Assembly (NCBI GenBank): GCA_020184695.1
Contig: JAANOX010000005.1
Location: 1 to 24,374 of the forward strand
Reading direction: 5' to 3'
Origin: Histomonas meleagridis 2922-C6/04-290x
Taxonomy: Eukaryota; Protista; Parabasalia
DNA: 24,374 bases
Positions 8,236 through 18,871 of the stretch are shown here, piece by piece. The position numbers and the translations under genes were made by a program. Under the pieces are notes generated by a model, which did no database searches, was not told where the DNA came from, and worked only from the letters and a program-made list of their open reading frames with translations. How positions within the stretch are numbered: position 1 is the stretch's first letter; each line of letters begins with the position of its first letter.

Positions 8236-11151
8236 ATGTTGAACCAAGAAGAAATTGATAAAATCAATATCTTGGCAAAAGATGTCTTCAATGGTCAACA
8301 TAACGAACTCGAAAAATGGATGGAAGAACCTTCATATATTGACCATTCAAAATTTCTTTTAGATTATCCGAATGTCCCATTTTATGCAGGTTTTTATGCA
8401 ATTCAAGTTCTTCAGTTCCATGTTGGCAGGTCTTTTGATGCATGGGCATTCGACTCTCAAATCGAATTTGTTCAATGGTATTCAGATTTAGTTTTTAATC
8501 AAAATCTACTTATTATTTCCAATGACACTCTTCTTTCTTTATATTCAAAATTATTTGGTATTGTTTTTTCCAAAGGTTGGAATTTAGATTCAAGATTCCA
8601 ATTTATATTTGATGGTTTTATTGAAAAGGTAAAAAGTATTCCACCTAGCCATGCATTATTAGCATGCATTACAGAAATAACAGATTCAATGAACAAAAAT
8701 AAAATTGCTTCTTTCCAAGAAAATTATCTTTCGCCACTTTTTCATTACTCGTTCACTTCACTTTCCAATTCCATGAACGATCAGAAAACCGTTTTTTTTG
8801 CTCTTCAAGCGATTGAAACAATGCTTGAATTTAATCCCAAAAAAAATGAAAAAAACGAAGATATTACTCGTTTAAGTACAGAAATTCATCCTTCTTATGC
8901 AAAAATGATACTTTGTGAGGAGACAGCAAATTTAATCATAAATGTTTCACAACAACATTATCCAGAAAAATGTATTGAAATATTAACGTTAACTCTTACA
9001 GCAAATAATCAAGTTGTTCCAACTGAAATATATATTAAATATTTACAAACACTTGTAAATTTTACATTTTTTAATTTTGTTAATACAAGTTCATTTCATC
9101 AATTCACAGGTTTTTTATATTGCTTAAAAAAAAATATTGATATTAATTTTGTAGGGAATGGAATTCCATTTCCATTCCAACAATTTGCTAAAGGAGCTTT
9201 TGATTTTACAATGAATTATTTAAAAAGTGAACACATATTAACGGATTTAAACGGTATCTATAACTTATTATTATTTTGGGAAACTTATTCTGATATTGGT
9301 GATGTTGATATCTGTTTTTATCAATTAACAATAATTCAAGCATTTGTTGATGCTTCATTTAACGCATTAATCGATGATCAAGAAACTGCTATTGAAAATT
9401 TTGGTTTACTTTCATCAAGTATTCCTCAAGTTTTTATACCAATTCGAGGAATATCAAAAACAATGTTACCTGAAATCCTCAACACATCTATTCTACCATA
9501 TTTTGAACGTATCTCAGAACATTATGCATCATTACAAGTATCATTTCTATGTAACTTATTATTAAGCATCATCATTTCTACAAATATTCCAATTAAAACA
9601 TCAAATGAAGCCGATGCGAATAAAATAGTCAATTCAATTTCACAGCTTTACACGACGGTTATCAATGTATATAAAGATCATTTATCAGAAGAATATATTA
9701 TTAATTCATTTATATTATTTTTACGACATTTTTCTAAATGTAAATATTTATCAGAGAGTTCGACCATTTCTAACAAAGTATATTATCAATTAAGTGAAAC
9801 AACAGGTATTCCATCGATTATGGAACTATTAAATTTTTTATTTAATTCATTATGGAATTTATTTTATAATATTACACAACCTAATTTAATATATGAATCA
9901 TCAAAAGCATTAACCACATTATTTGATCCTAAATCCACATTTTTTACATATGTTATTAAGCTTCCGACAGTACAACAACTTATTCAAATACGAGTTGAAA
10001 AGCCATTTCCATTTTTACAAAGTTTTGAGCATTCACGAAGTCGTGTAATCTTTCATAAGTCATTAAGTTCAATCTTATTTAGGGACATGAAAGTATTATG
10101 TAAGCAATATTTACATACGTATGATAACATCATTGAGAATCACACTAATTTATGGTGTTTTCTTCGAGACTTTACTGGCTTTTTTGAAGCATGTAAAACT
10201 ATTGATGAATATAAAACGATTTTTAATTATGTCTTTAATAACCATTTAGCAAAACTTATTGAAGTTATTCCACATATTATACAAATTTCATTTGTAGTTA
10301 ATTCATTATTAAAGATGTGGATTGTAATGTTAAAGAATGAATTAATTAATAAATGTTTTGATCATCATTCGATTAATGGATTAATGTTATTCCATTATTC
10401 CGTTGATTTGATCACAAAACTTTTGGATAATTTAAGTGATCAAATTCGATTGGATAATCAACAAAACATAAAATTCATTAATTATTGTTTGAACATTATA
10501 TATTACATTGTTGCATCGAATTATGTACCATTTAATGCAATCGAAATATTTAACGACGATTCATTAGAAAGATTAATTGTATCATTTGTTAAATGTATTA
10601 CTACTGTCATTCCGATAAATGAAATTAAGTTTTATCCGAAAGTTGAATTAATTCTTCAAAACTTAAATTTATGTTTCTGTATAAGACACTTTAATACTGT
10701 TTGTAAAGTTAATTGTAATGAGTTAAGTTTCATAATAATCGATGTAGGATTGAAATCATTAAATAATAAAACACAAGAAAAAGCAATAAATACATTAATG
10801 TATCAAATTAGAAATAAAAAAATTTCGGCTGAAAATAAAATGTTGTTCACTATTACATTCACTTTGTTCGACTTGATTCTAAACTTAAATGGAAATACAA
10901 CTGAACTAAAGTTTTGTCTGATGGAAATTTTGAGGTATTTCCCAATTTGTGTACAGGAAATTAAAAATAAAATCGAAAACGCAGTGATAGTGGAAAAAAG
11001 AGAAATGTTTTGGAACGAATTTAATGGTTTCGTCGCAGCGTGTAAGGAAATGTTCGATAGTAACAACACGACGAAATTCGTGGAAGTGATCGATAACCTT
11101 ATGATGCATATGAGAATGTGTTTGAGTTCGGTCGCTTATGCATTTAAATAA
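8236..11151 (+). CDS. XPO7: Exportin-7 / RanBP16-like karyopherin
   Basis: XPO7-like blocks RSRVIFHKSLSSILF, RDFTGFFEAC, FDHHSINGLMLF and NYVPFNAIEIFNDDSLE...IKFYPKV. The ATG at 8236 follows TCACA; the ORF track start at 8206 is a non-ATG codon. Confidence 0.75.
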   Translation: MLNQEEIDKINILAKDVFNGQHNELEKWMEEPSYIDHSKFLLDYPNVPFYAGFYAIQVLQFHVGRSFDAWAFDSQIEFVQWYSDLVFNQNLLIISNDTLLSLYSKLFGIVFSKGWNLDSRFQFIFDGFIEKVKSIPPSHALLACITEITDSMNKNKIASFQENYLSPLFHYSFTSLSNSMNDQKTVFFALQAIETMLEFNPKKNEKNEDITRLSTEIHPSYAKMILCEETANLIINVSQQHYPEKCIEILTLTLTANNQVVPTEIYIKYLQTLVNFTFFNFVNTSSFHQFTGFLYCLKKNIDINFVGNGIPFPFQQFAKGAFDFTMNYLKSEHILTDLNGIYNLLLFWETYSDIGDVDICFYQLTIIQAFVDASFNALIDDQETAIENFGLLSSSIPQVFIPIRGISKTMLPEILNTSILPYFERISEHYASLQVSFLCNLLLSIIISTNIPIKTSNEADANKIVNSISQLYTTVINVYKDHLSEEYIINSFILFLRHFSKCKYLSESSTISNKVYYQLSETTGIPSIMELLNFLFNSLWNLFYNITQPNLIYESSKALTTLFDPKSTFFTYVIKLPTVQQLIQIRVEKPFPFLQSFEHSRSRVIFHKSLSSILFRDMKVLCKQYLHTYDNIIENHTNLWCFLRDFTGFFEACKTIDEYKTIFNYVFNNHLAKLIEVIPHIIQISFVVNSLLKMWIVMLKNELINKCFDHHSINGLMLFHYSVDLITKLLDNLSDQIRLDNQQNIKFINYCLNIIYYIVASNYVPFNAIEIFNDDSLERLIVSFVKCITTVIPINEIKFYPKVELILQNLNLCFCIRHFNTVCKVNCNELSFIIIDVGLKSLNNKTQEKAINTLMYQIRNKKISAENKMLFTITFTLFDLILNLNGNTTELKFCLMEILRYFPICVQEIKNKIENAVIVEKREMFWNEFNGFVAACKEMFDSNNTTKFVEVIDNLMMHMRMCLSSVAYAFK

Positions 11152-12186
11152 AAAACTGTTTGAATAAAAATTAAATATGATAAATAATTTGTTTTTTACC
11201 AGAAAGAGCTCGTGAATATTCTGATAAGTAAATTTATCTGGTCGAATAAACATAAATTGTTGTAACAGATAGCAGCAAGAGAATTGTTGGAAGATTCATG
11301 ACTCAATTTCGGTCATACCCAAAATATTAAGTTTTAAGAAAAAATAACTATTCGTTGTTTGAATTTTTATCAACAGCCACACGGGATCCGAAGAATAAAA
11401 GTATAACCAGATACTGAATAGAAATATTAATAATATGGGTATATATAAAGGTATATATAAATCATTAAGAATTTTATCGAAAACGTATATGTTACTGGCG
11501 TATGTGCTCACACTCCTTCAACATATTTTAGTTATGACACAGATTTCTTCACGACTGCCGAAAGTAATGAATACATTACCAAGACAAAGGTGTTGATACA
11601 TTTTCTATAGGTACAAATATATCAAACACCGACGAGGATTCATTTGCTGCAGATTTCAAGGAAGCGTTTTATTAATATTTTAATAAGTTTTAATTTCTTT
11701 CACTTAATGCATTTAAATGTTAAGTTTCAACTCCACTTTGCTTTATTTAACTTTCATCACATACATATATACTATACGATAATATTTCTGCACAAAGCCC
11801 GAAAATTTTAATAAAATTATGGGGAATATAAGAAATCAGCATGGTGGTGTTGTAAGTGTCTTACGTTATGATAAGGTGTTGAAAAAACGACCGTTAGCAC
11901 AATTTAATTAAGATTTTAGGTTTTAAAAATAATAATGGTTACTCTAGTACACACAAATGATTACACGACTTAAATGAAAGAAATTAAATTATTGTATAAT
12001 TTTTTTGGCTTTAGCTCTGAAAGTTGGCCGACTCATTTGGCAGAAAATGTTTTTTATAAAAAAGTTGCACGGTATATGTCATTGTAATTTTACGTCAAAA
12101 AGTGGATTATAACGTAAATTGTTGCCATGGGAAGATTTTGATAATGAGAAATGTCATGTGAAAAAAATATCCAACTTTCAATTCAA

Positions 12187-13143
12187 ATGGATACTTGTAT
12201 CCACTTAATAGTAAAAAACATAAATGATGATTCTTTTCTTATCGAAGTTTCTCAACAAGCAACAATCTTAGGTGTCAAAAAAGTGATAGAGGAAGTAATT
12301 GGTATTCATCCTAAAGATCAAAAATTAATTTTTCGCGGAAAAATTCTGCCTGATTCCCTTTTGATCATGAAACTTAAGCTTAAGGATATGGCAAGCATCT
12401 ACTTATCCACAAAATGCGTCAAAAAAGATTCTGAAGATTTATCTGATTTGTTTTTCAGTGCTATTAGAAGATCCAGTACTGATAAGTTTATAAATACTCT
12501 TGTTGAGAAGATTAAAAATAAGCATCCTAAATATTCACATGCGTTAAAAGATCCAGATGTTATCCGCGAAGAATTTGAAATATTACAAAATCCTCAATTA
12601 CATGCCGAATTTATGAAATCTGCTGATCGTATGATGAATGCCATTGAGATGCGTGCTGGTTCGTATCAAAAGCTCATAAATTTCCATGAATTATTTAATG
12701 AAATGTACAGCGAAATATCACTAGATTTCCAAACAAAAGATGAATACCCCACAGTTATCCCCAAAGAGAAAGCCACATCACCAAGTACTGAACCACTTCA
12801 ACTTCATTATCCATTTCCACACGATTTCTTTCAAATTTTGCAACAAACTGATGAAAGCCCTGAAGGGAAAGCACTAACGCAACTTGTTAAAGCCGTGCTG
12901 ACTTGTTTTTGGCCTACAAAAAAGAAAGAATCAAAACCGAGTCCATTTTTTATGCAAAGTGACGATGAAAGTGAAAACGAAGGCAAAGAGACAAATGAAG
13001 ACCTATATCAAAATTACGAAATGTTTTCAAGCGATGAAGAAGAGGAAGAAGATTCTTCGAAACAAGAAGAAAATGAAATAAGCAAAACAGATTCAGATAA
13101 TTCCGACATTGACTTGGAATCTTATCTATTCGAACCAGATTAA
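12187..13143 (+). CDS. Ubiquitin-like domain protein, ubiquilin-like (UBL + STI1-like region, acidic tail)
   Basis: UBL ATILGVKKVIEEVIGIHPKDQKLIFRGKIL and STI1-like DPDVIREEFEILQNP..HAEFMKSADRMMNAIEM. The start may be 12151 or 12187; the latter follows TCAATTCAA. Confidence 0.7.
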   Translation: MDTCIHLIVKNINDDSFLIEVSQQATILGVKKVIEEVIGIHPKDQKLIFRGKILPDSLLIMKLKLKDMASIYLSTKCVKKDSEDLSDLFFSAIRRSSTDKFINTLVEKIKNKHPKYSHALKDPDVIREEFEILQNPQLHAEFMKSADRMMNAIEMRAGSYQKLINFHELFNEMYSEISLDFQTKDEYPTVIPKEKATSPSTEPLQLHYPFPHDFFQILQQTDESPEGKALTQLVKAVLTCFWPTKKKESKPSPFFMQSDDESENEGKETNEDLYQNYEMFSSDEEEEEDSSKQEENEISKTDSDNSDIDLESYLFEPD

Positions 13144-13891
13144 CAAAGTAAACATAAATGTTTTTTGGAAAAAAAAACTTTTAAAATATTTTGACAAACG
13201 GTCGGGATTTCAATATATTATTACGGTTTTATAATTTAATTTTTTACGATAACTTTTGAAGAGTAATTATTGTTTTTATCTTTTGGCTTGCTAAAAAATA
13301 TCTCGCTAGCAAAGATAAAATGACAAAAATGTTTACTTAATTGGGTATTCATATATAAGCTCGAAAAAAATTTAAATGCCTAATTTAGATCTTTTTAAAT
13401 TTGGTTTTAAATTAAATTCTTAGTTTTGTTCTTCATCTCCATTTTACTCTTGAGCAAACTATCCAAGAAAAATAAGAATCTTAATTTTTATACAAATGAT
13501 ATCCCGATTATTAATCTCATCAGAACATTTGCATAATGTCTACACAATAAAGACAACTGTAATGTAAGTTATTAAATTGATGTTTTGAGATCATTAAACA
13601 TTTTCTGGTCAATTATGGCCTTTTTTGTGCACAACATTGAATAAAACTGTTTCTGCCAAATAAAATTCAGTGTGTTTTCAGAAAAAGTACTCCCCATCAT
13701 TCAAAAATGAGAGGAAGTAGATATAAACCCCTGAAAATATTTCTCAGAAACCAACTTTTTCGGAAGGAATTGAGCGTTTTGATGGTCAAATTTAACAGAA
13801 ACCATCGCAGTTATTAACCGTTGGAATCGTCAACACTGATTGATAAAAAACGGCTTTTTAAATTGACGTTTTTGACATTTAATTTGGCAGT

Positions 13892-15046
13892 ATGGGTCCT
13901 CAACCAAGTACACCGCAAATGAATTTTTCTCAAAACCCAGATTATGTAATGTTAGAAGGCGAATTTGATAAAGCAACAAATGGTGCTTCTCCAGTTTCTA
14001 AATGTAAAAATGTATTCAACAAAAACATAGTAAAAACGACATTTGTTGGAATATGGTCAATATCTGCGTCAAACACCATAAGTCCATGTCCTCGTACTGG
14101 ACATTTTTATGTTTATGATGAATATAATCATACAGCTTATATTGGATATGGTTTATCTGCGAAGCACAAACCTCTTTTCGACCTATGGGCATTAGATACT
14201 TTCACACATGAATGGCGCCAAATAAAATTGTGTGGCACCAAATTATGTGGAAGAATTGGAGCACGGTCATGTCTTATTGGAACACATTTGCTTATATTTG
14301 GTGGCTACTCTGACCCCAAATATTTCGGAGATCTACACACAATAGATGTTAACACGGGAGAAGTTAAACTTGTTGCAACACAAGGACAACCGCCATCACC
14401 GCGGTCCACCCCAATAACCGCCATATACAACAACAAATTCTATGTGTGGGGCGGTTTTAATGGGAGCTGGCCTAACGAGCTGAATGTGCTTGATTTTTCG
14501 AACATGACATGGAGCCAATACTCGCAGGGCGTTAGCGGGAGAACAGCAGTTCCATATGCAATTATTGGTAATAAGTTATATAGTTATGGCGGAACAAAAA
14601 GCGGCGGAATGATCGAAATGAACTTGGATAATTATACAGTTGACGTCAAACAAACAATAGGATCAGAACCTCCTTGTAATGTCATGGGATCTGGAATGGT
14701 CAGAATTGAGAACTATTTGTTTTTCTTTGGTGGGAAAGCAAAGAACAATTATACATTAATCTATGGATGTGATACAAGAAGACTATGGTGGTTTGTTTTT
14801 TACATATTACCAGATGGACATTCTGTCACCGTTAATGATGGAAAAGTTGCAGATATTGGAATCTTTATGGTCCCAAGGATACATTCATTTGGTGTTTGTT
14901 ATGTTCCTGAGAAAAGACAAATTGTCGCATTTTTGGGGCACCCCACAAAAGATCCTCCACCATTATTTTTGGTTTATGTTGGTGACGCTTTAAGTGTCAT
15001 CCATTTACAAGAAGATATGCTCTCCATGTTAAGATGCTATAAGTAA
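13892..15046 (+). CDS. Kelch-repeat beta-propeller protein with putative N-myristoylation site
   Basis: Kelch GG-Y/W repeats: LLIFGGYSDPKYFGDLH, FYVWGGFNGSWPNELNVLD, LYSYGG and LFFFGG. The N-terminus MGPQPS fits MGxxxS. Confidence 0.85.
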   Translation: MGPQPSTPQMNFSQNPDYVMLEGEFDKATNGASPVSKCKNVFNKNIVKTTFVGIWSISASNTISPCPRTGHFYVYDEYNHTAYIGYGLSAKHKPLFDLWALDTFTHEWRQIKLCGTKLCGRIGARSCLIGTHLLIFGGYSDPKYFGDLHTIDVNTGEVKLVATQGQPPSPRSTPITAIYNNKFYVWGGFNGSWPNELNVLDFSNMTWSQYSQGVSGRTAVPYAIIGNKLYSYGGTKSGGMIEMNLDNYTVDVKQTIGSEPPCNVMGSGMVRIENYLFFFGGKAKNNYTLIYGCDTRRLWWFVFYILPDGHSVTVNDGKVADIGIFMVPRIHSFGVCYVPEKRQIVAFLGHPTKDPPPLFLVYVGDALSVIHLQEDMLSMLRCYK

Positions 15047-15374
15047 GTATCTTTTGTCTTATTTATTTACAGATTTTCATTCAACATAAAACTGAATAAA
15101 ATCAAAAATATATCTCTGAAAATGTGGGAAAAGTCGATGCGTTATGAATCATATCTTGTAAATAAAAATGATTATAAATCCGATCAAACCATTTTTTTTA
15201 TAATGCGATCTTTTTTTGCTCAAATATAATATCTACTTTTAGTAATATATTTTGATATTAATGTTAACGAAATTTTTACCAGAATAAAGAAAAAAAACAT
15301 TTTTTAATTTTTTTTCAAACGATCAAAATACAATCAATTCTTTCATTTTTGATTAGTTTACACTAAACTATCAA

Positions 15375-18158
15375 ATGAATAAAGTCAAAGATGTACCTTT
15401 TCTAAGTCATACTGGAGGAATAAAAGTTTTAATAACGCCAATAAATTCAAATTCTCAATCAGAGTTTGATTTTTCATATCAAATTATTTCAGATTTATGT
15501 AAACAATATGAAAAAGATTTTCATTCAATTGCACCTAGTATGCTTGATGGTAACGACAAAGTGACTATATCTCTTGTAGTTGCTGATTCAGATGATAGTC
15601 TTCATTTTCTTCTCAATTTATCACATCCATTATTACCACATTTATCTTTTCATGTTGTTATTGGAATTGTTCTTATTCATTCCGAAGAAGAGCTAAAACA
15701 ATATTCCCAATATTTTGATAAGCTTATGTGTGAAACTTTACCCCAATGTTCCACATGTTTATTTGCATTTACAAACACCAATTATGATGAAACCAAATTA
15801 TCAGCTTCAGTCACTCAGATAGTCACCAAATGGCCATCCCATATAATTTCACGCCGATTTCGGGAAAGTTTTTTTCGGGTCATTATGGATTTCTATCTTA
15901 AGTTTCGCACTACACGTGATTCACTTAATGAGACAAAAGAACAATCACTTTTACTTCTCGGGAGTTATAATTATCTCTTTGGTCGACTTGAAGAAGCATC
16001 CAAATGTTTTTCGCAATGTTTTAAATCCAAAGCGAATAATTCGATTCTATCAATGGTCTTTGATTTAACCATGAGCAATGGCCTTAAGATAGACATTGAC
16101 AAATCATTTCATGAGAAAGACATTAACTTAAGCAAAGAAGATCTTTCTAAACTTCCCACGGAACAAATATCTGCACTTTCATATGCACATAAAAGTAATG
16201 ACAAACAACTTTTCATAATCCAATTATTACGTACATCATATTTTTATTTACATAGTTCACGTCCATTAATCTTATTAGCGTTACAAAACTTAAAAGGCGG
16301 CAACATTAAGAAGAGTTCATTTTATATTAACATTTCATTATTAATCCTCAAGTTAGGGCAAAACTTACGCACATTTATGTTTCAATGTGATCGAAAGATT
16401 GAAGAAGGAACAATATTACCGATATTTGTTGTCAAAGAATATATTAATTGTATCATCGATGGAATCGATTGGTGTGAATTACGTATATTACCAGCATCTA
16501 AACTATTAATCTCTAATTATATACCACGTGATGTTAAGAATCAATTATTTAAATATATCATTGCACATATTAATAAAATCAAAAATCGTGAACAACAAAT
16601 TACAATTTTGTCTATTATTCCATCGAATATGATAATAGAAGCATCACAACTTATCGAAATTAAAGAAATCAAATTACAAACATTTAATGAGCCAATTATT
16701 AAATCGAATAATGAATCATCAAATATATTTATATATTCACCACTTAAAAAAGAAAATATTAATAACATTTGCGCTTTGGATGATTATTTATCTTTTGTTG
16801 TCACATTACGAAATAAACTTTTAACACCTTTAAAGTTCGATATAATATGTTTAAATGCTACAAACTCTATAACTTATCCAATAGTTAAAACTTTACCTTA
16901 TCAAAAAATTGTAACTTTCCCACTTATATTAAAAGCTAATAAAATCGACGAAATTATAGTTAAAGGATTTACATTTGTTTCGAAACAAATCTCAGGAGAA
17001 TATGTATTACCAAATCCAATTAAAATCCAAGTTGTTAAAAAATTACCGAAACTTTCAATAAAACAATTAAACAAAATTAATAATGAAATTATATATAATT
17101 CAAACATTAATATGAATTTCGAAATTATTAATACTTCGGATGTTATGATAAATATAAAAAGAATTAAATTCGCTTCAAGACCTCCATTATATACTAAAAC
17201 TTCATTACCAATAACTTATCCACCTTTAATATCAAATGATTTACCTGAGAATTTATTGCCTGGAAATTCATTTAAATTTTCATTAAGGTTCATTGCCGAT
17301 TTTTCATTTAATGTATTGTCATTCGCTATTGAATATGGTAATGATGAATACATTCGAAGGTTCGAATTTAATCAAGAATTTAATATATTAAATGGTCCTT
17401 TTATTAAAGAAATTCGTGGAATTTCTCTCGACGATTTCGATGACTTTGAAAATAATTTAATGAATTTATTGATCATCATTTCAAACCCATTAAATGTCCC
17501 AATTTACGTCGAAAATATGTTAAATAACGAAAAAATTATTGTAGAACCTTTAAACTTAGGAAGTTTCATATTACAAGTTAAAAGATCTATGATTAAAATC
17601 GATAAAAATATGGAAAAGTTCCAATATGAAGATATTGGTAGAGAACATGTTAGAAGATGTGAAGCTTTAGCTACTTCTGAAAAGGGTTCGCCTTTAACTA
17701 ATGCTGAATTACATGATTTGTGGCTTGCTTTAGCATTAAAATTCGACTTGCAAAAACACATCAAATTACAATGGTTTACACAGGCCGATACAAGGGGACC
17801 GTTACCGTTCACTCATGTGGAAATCAAAAGAGAGACTTTAATGTTCTTACAAGCTCCTCCTTTTAAGGTGAAGTTTAGAGTCGAAAAGGCTAAAAGAATT
17901 AATGTGTGGATTGTGATTTGCAAGATAAAATGTAAGGAAAAGGTCGAATTGAATGCATCAATTATTTATAATGTATTAAATGAAAAGGGTGAAAAAGTTC
18001 GAATAATGACAGCAGGTGAAGAAACTAAAAGAGTTGTGGCACCTGAGGAATTTAAGCAAATTATACATTCCATAGATGGCAAAGAACTAAATATTGTGGG
18101 TCACTTCAATATTGGAAATATAACATTTACACGACTTGGAAAATTTGCGTTAGAGTAA
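15375..18158 (+). CDS. TRAPP II subunit Trs120/TRAPPC9-like protein
   Basis: N-terminal IKVLITPI, a helical middle, then Ig-like segments FVVTLRNKLLTPLKFDII, FEIINTSDVMINI and LLIIISNPLNVPIYV, as in TRAPPC9. 927 aa, intact. Confidence 0.55.
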   Translation: MNKVKDVPFLSHTGGIKVLITPINSNSQSEFDFSYQIISDLCKQYEKDFHSIAPSMLDGNDKVTISLVVADSDDSLHFLLNLSHPLLPHLSFHVVIGIVLIHSEEELKQYSQYFDKLMCETLPQCSTCLFAFTNTNYDETKLSASVTQIVTKWPSHIISRRFRESFFRVIMDFYLKFRTTRDSLNETKEQSLLLLGSYNYLFGRLEEASKCFSQCFKSKANNSILSMVFDLTMSNGLKIDIDKSFHEKDINLSKEDLSKLPTEQISALSYAHKSNDKQLFIIQLLRTSYFYLHSSRPLILLALQNLKGGNIKKSSFYINISLLILKLGQNLRTFMFQCDRKIEEGTILPIFVVKEYINCIIDGIDWCELRILPASKLLISNYIPRDVKNQLFKYIIAHINKIKNREQQITILSIIPSNMIIEASQLIEIKEIKLQTFNEPIIKSNNESSNIFIYSPLKKENINNICALDDYLSFVVTLRNKLLTPLKFDIICLNATNSITYPIVKTLPYQKIVTFPLILKANKIDEIIVKGFTFVSKQISGEYVLPNPIKIQVVKKLPKLSIKQLNKINNEIIYNSNINMNFEIINTSDVMINIKRIKFASRPPLYTKTSLPITYPPLISNDLPENLLPGNSFKFSLRFIADFSFNVLSFAIEYGNDEYIRRFEFNQEFNILNGPFIKEIRGISLDDFDDFENNLMNLLIIISNPLNVPIYVENMLNNEKIIVEPLNLGSFILQVKRSMIKIDKNMEKFQYEDIGREHVRRCEALATSEKGSPLTNAELHDLWLALALKFDLQKHIKLQWFTQADTRGPLPFTHVEIKRETLMFLQAPPFKVKFRVEKAKRINVWIVICKIKCKEKVELNASIIYNVLNEKGEKVRIMTAGEETKRVVAPEEFKQIIHSIDGKELNIVGHFNIGNITFTRLGKFALE

Positions 18159-18871
18159 ATATTTGTTTTGTGGAATTTATTCTGTTGTTTATTGTATTTA
18201 AGAATAATTATTGATGAAAATATCTTCATCAATTCATATATATTTCACTTACTTATTAAACATCATTGTAATTTAATTATTCAAGCATGCATAAGTATTA
18301 TACTTTTTTGGAATATATGCTTATTTTCTGAATTGGTGAATAATAATTTATCAATTTTATAATATAGATATATAAACGCTCTGTTATATTATAGGAAATT
18401 GTTTAGTGTTCTGTTTAATATGCAAATTTTATTTCGATGAAATATTTTCATTTTCATCTATTCATTTGAAAACGATCAAATTCAAAACAAAAAGTTAATT
18501 AACTAATCTTGTTATATTTAAATATCTTATGTTATTCTAAAAATATATAATTAATTATTATTATGACATAATAAAATTAAAAAAATGTGAAATTTAATCG
18601 ATTATATTGCAAAAATCATATAAAAGTGTTTAGTTCTTCAATAACGCCCTATAACTTAATTTTAAATTTATTGTTATATAATGTTATGAATGGTACAAAA
18701 ATTGTTCATATAAGCCTCTCTATTAATTTTAAATTTTTCCCACCAGAATTTCATAATTGTTTTTTTTAATAAAAAAATTTACCAAATAATTTATTTTATC
18801 TTCATTGACTTTGATTTTAATATTTAGAAAGGATAGAAAAGTGACAACTTTTTATACACTTTTTTATTTAC

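Noticed and set aside
13274-13320. Imperfect inverted repeat TTTTATCTTT...AAAGATAAAA
   Set aside because: It is low-complexity and bulged, with no other ncRNA or terminal-inverted-repeat evidence.
18168-18769. Short Ile/Leu/Phe/Asn-rich ORFs (18168-18362, 18587-18769; likewise 20949-21146)
   Set aside because: Their composition is what very AT-rich non-coding DNA yields by chance, and most need non-ATG starts.
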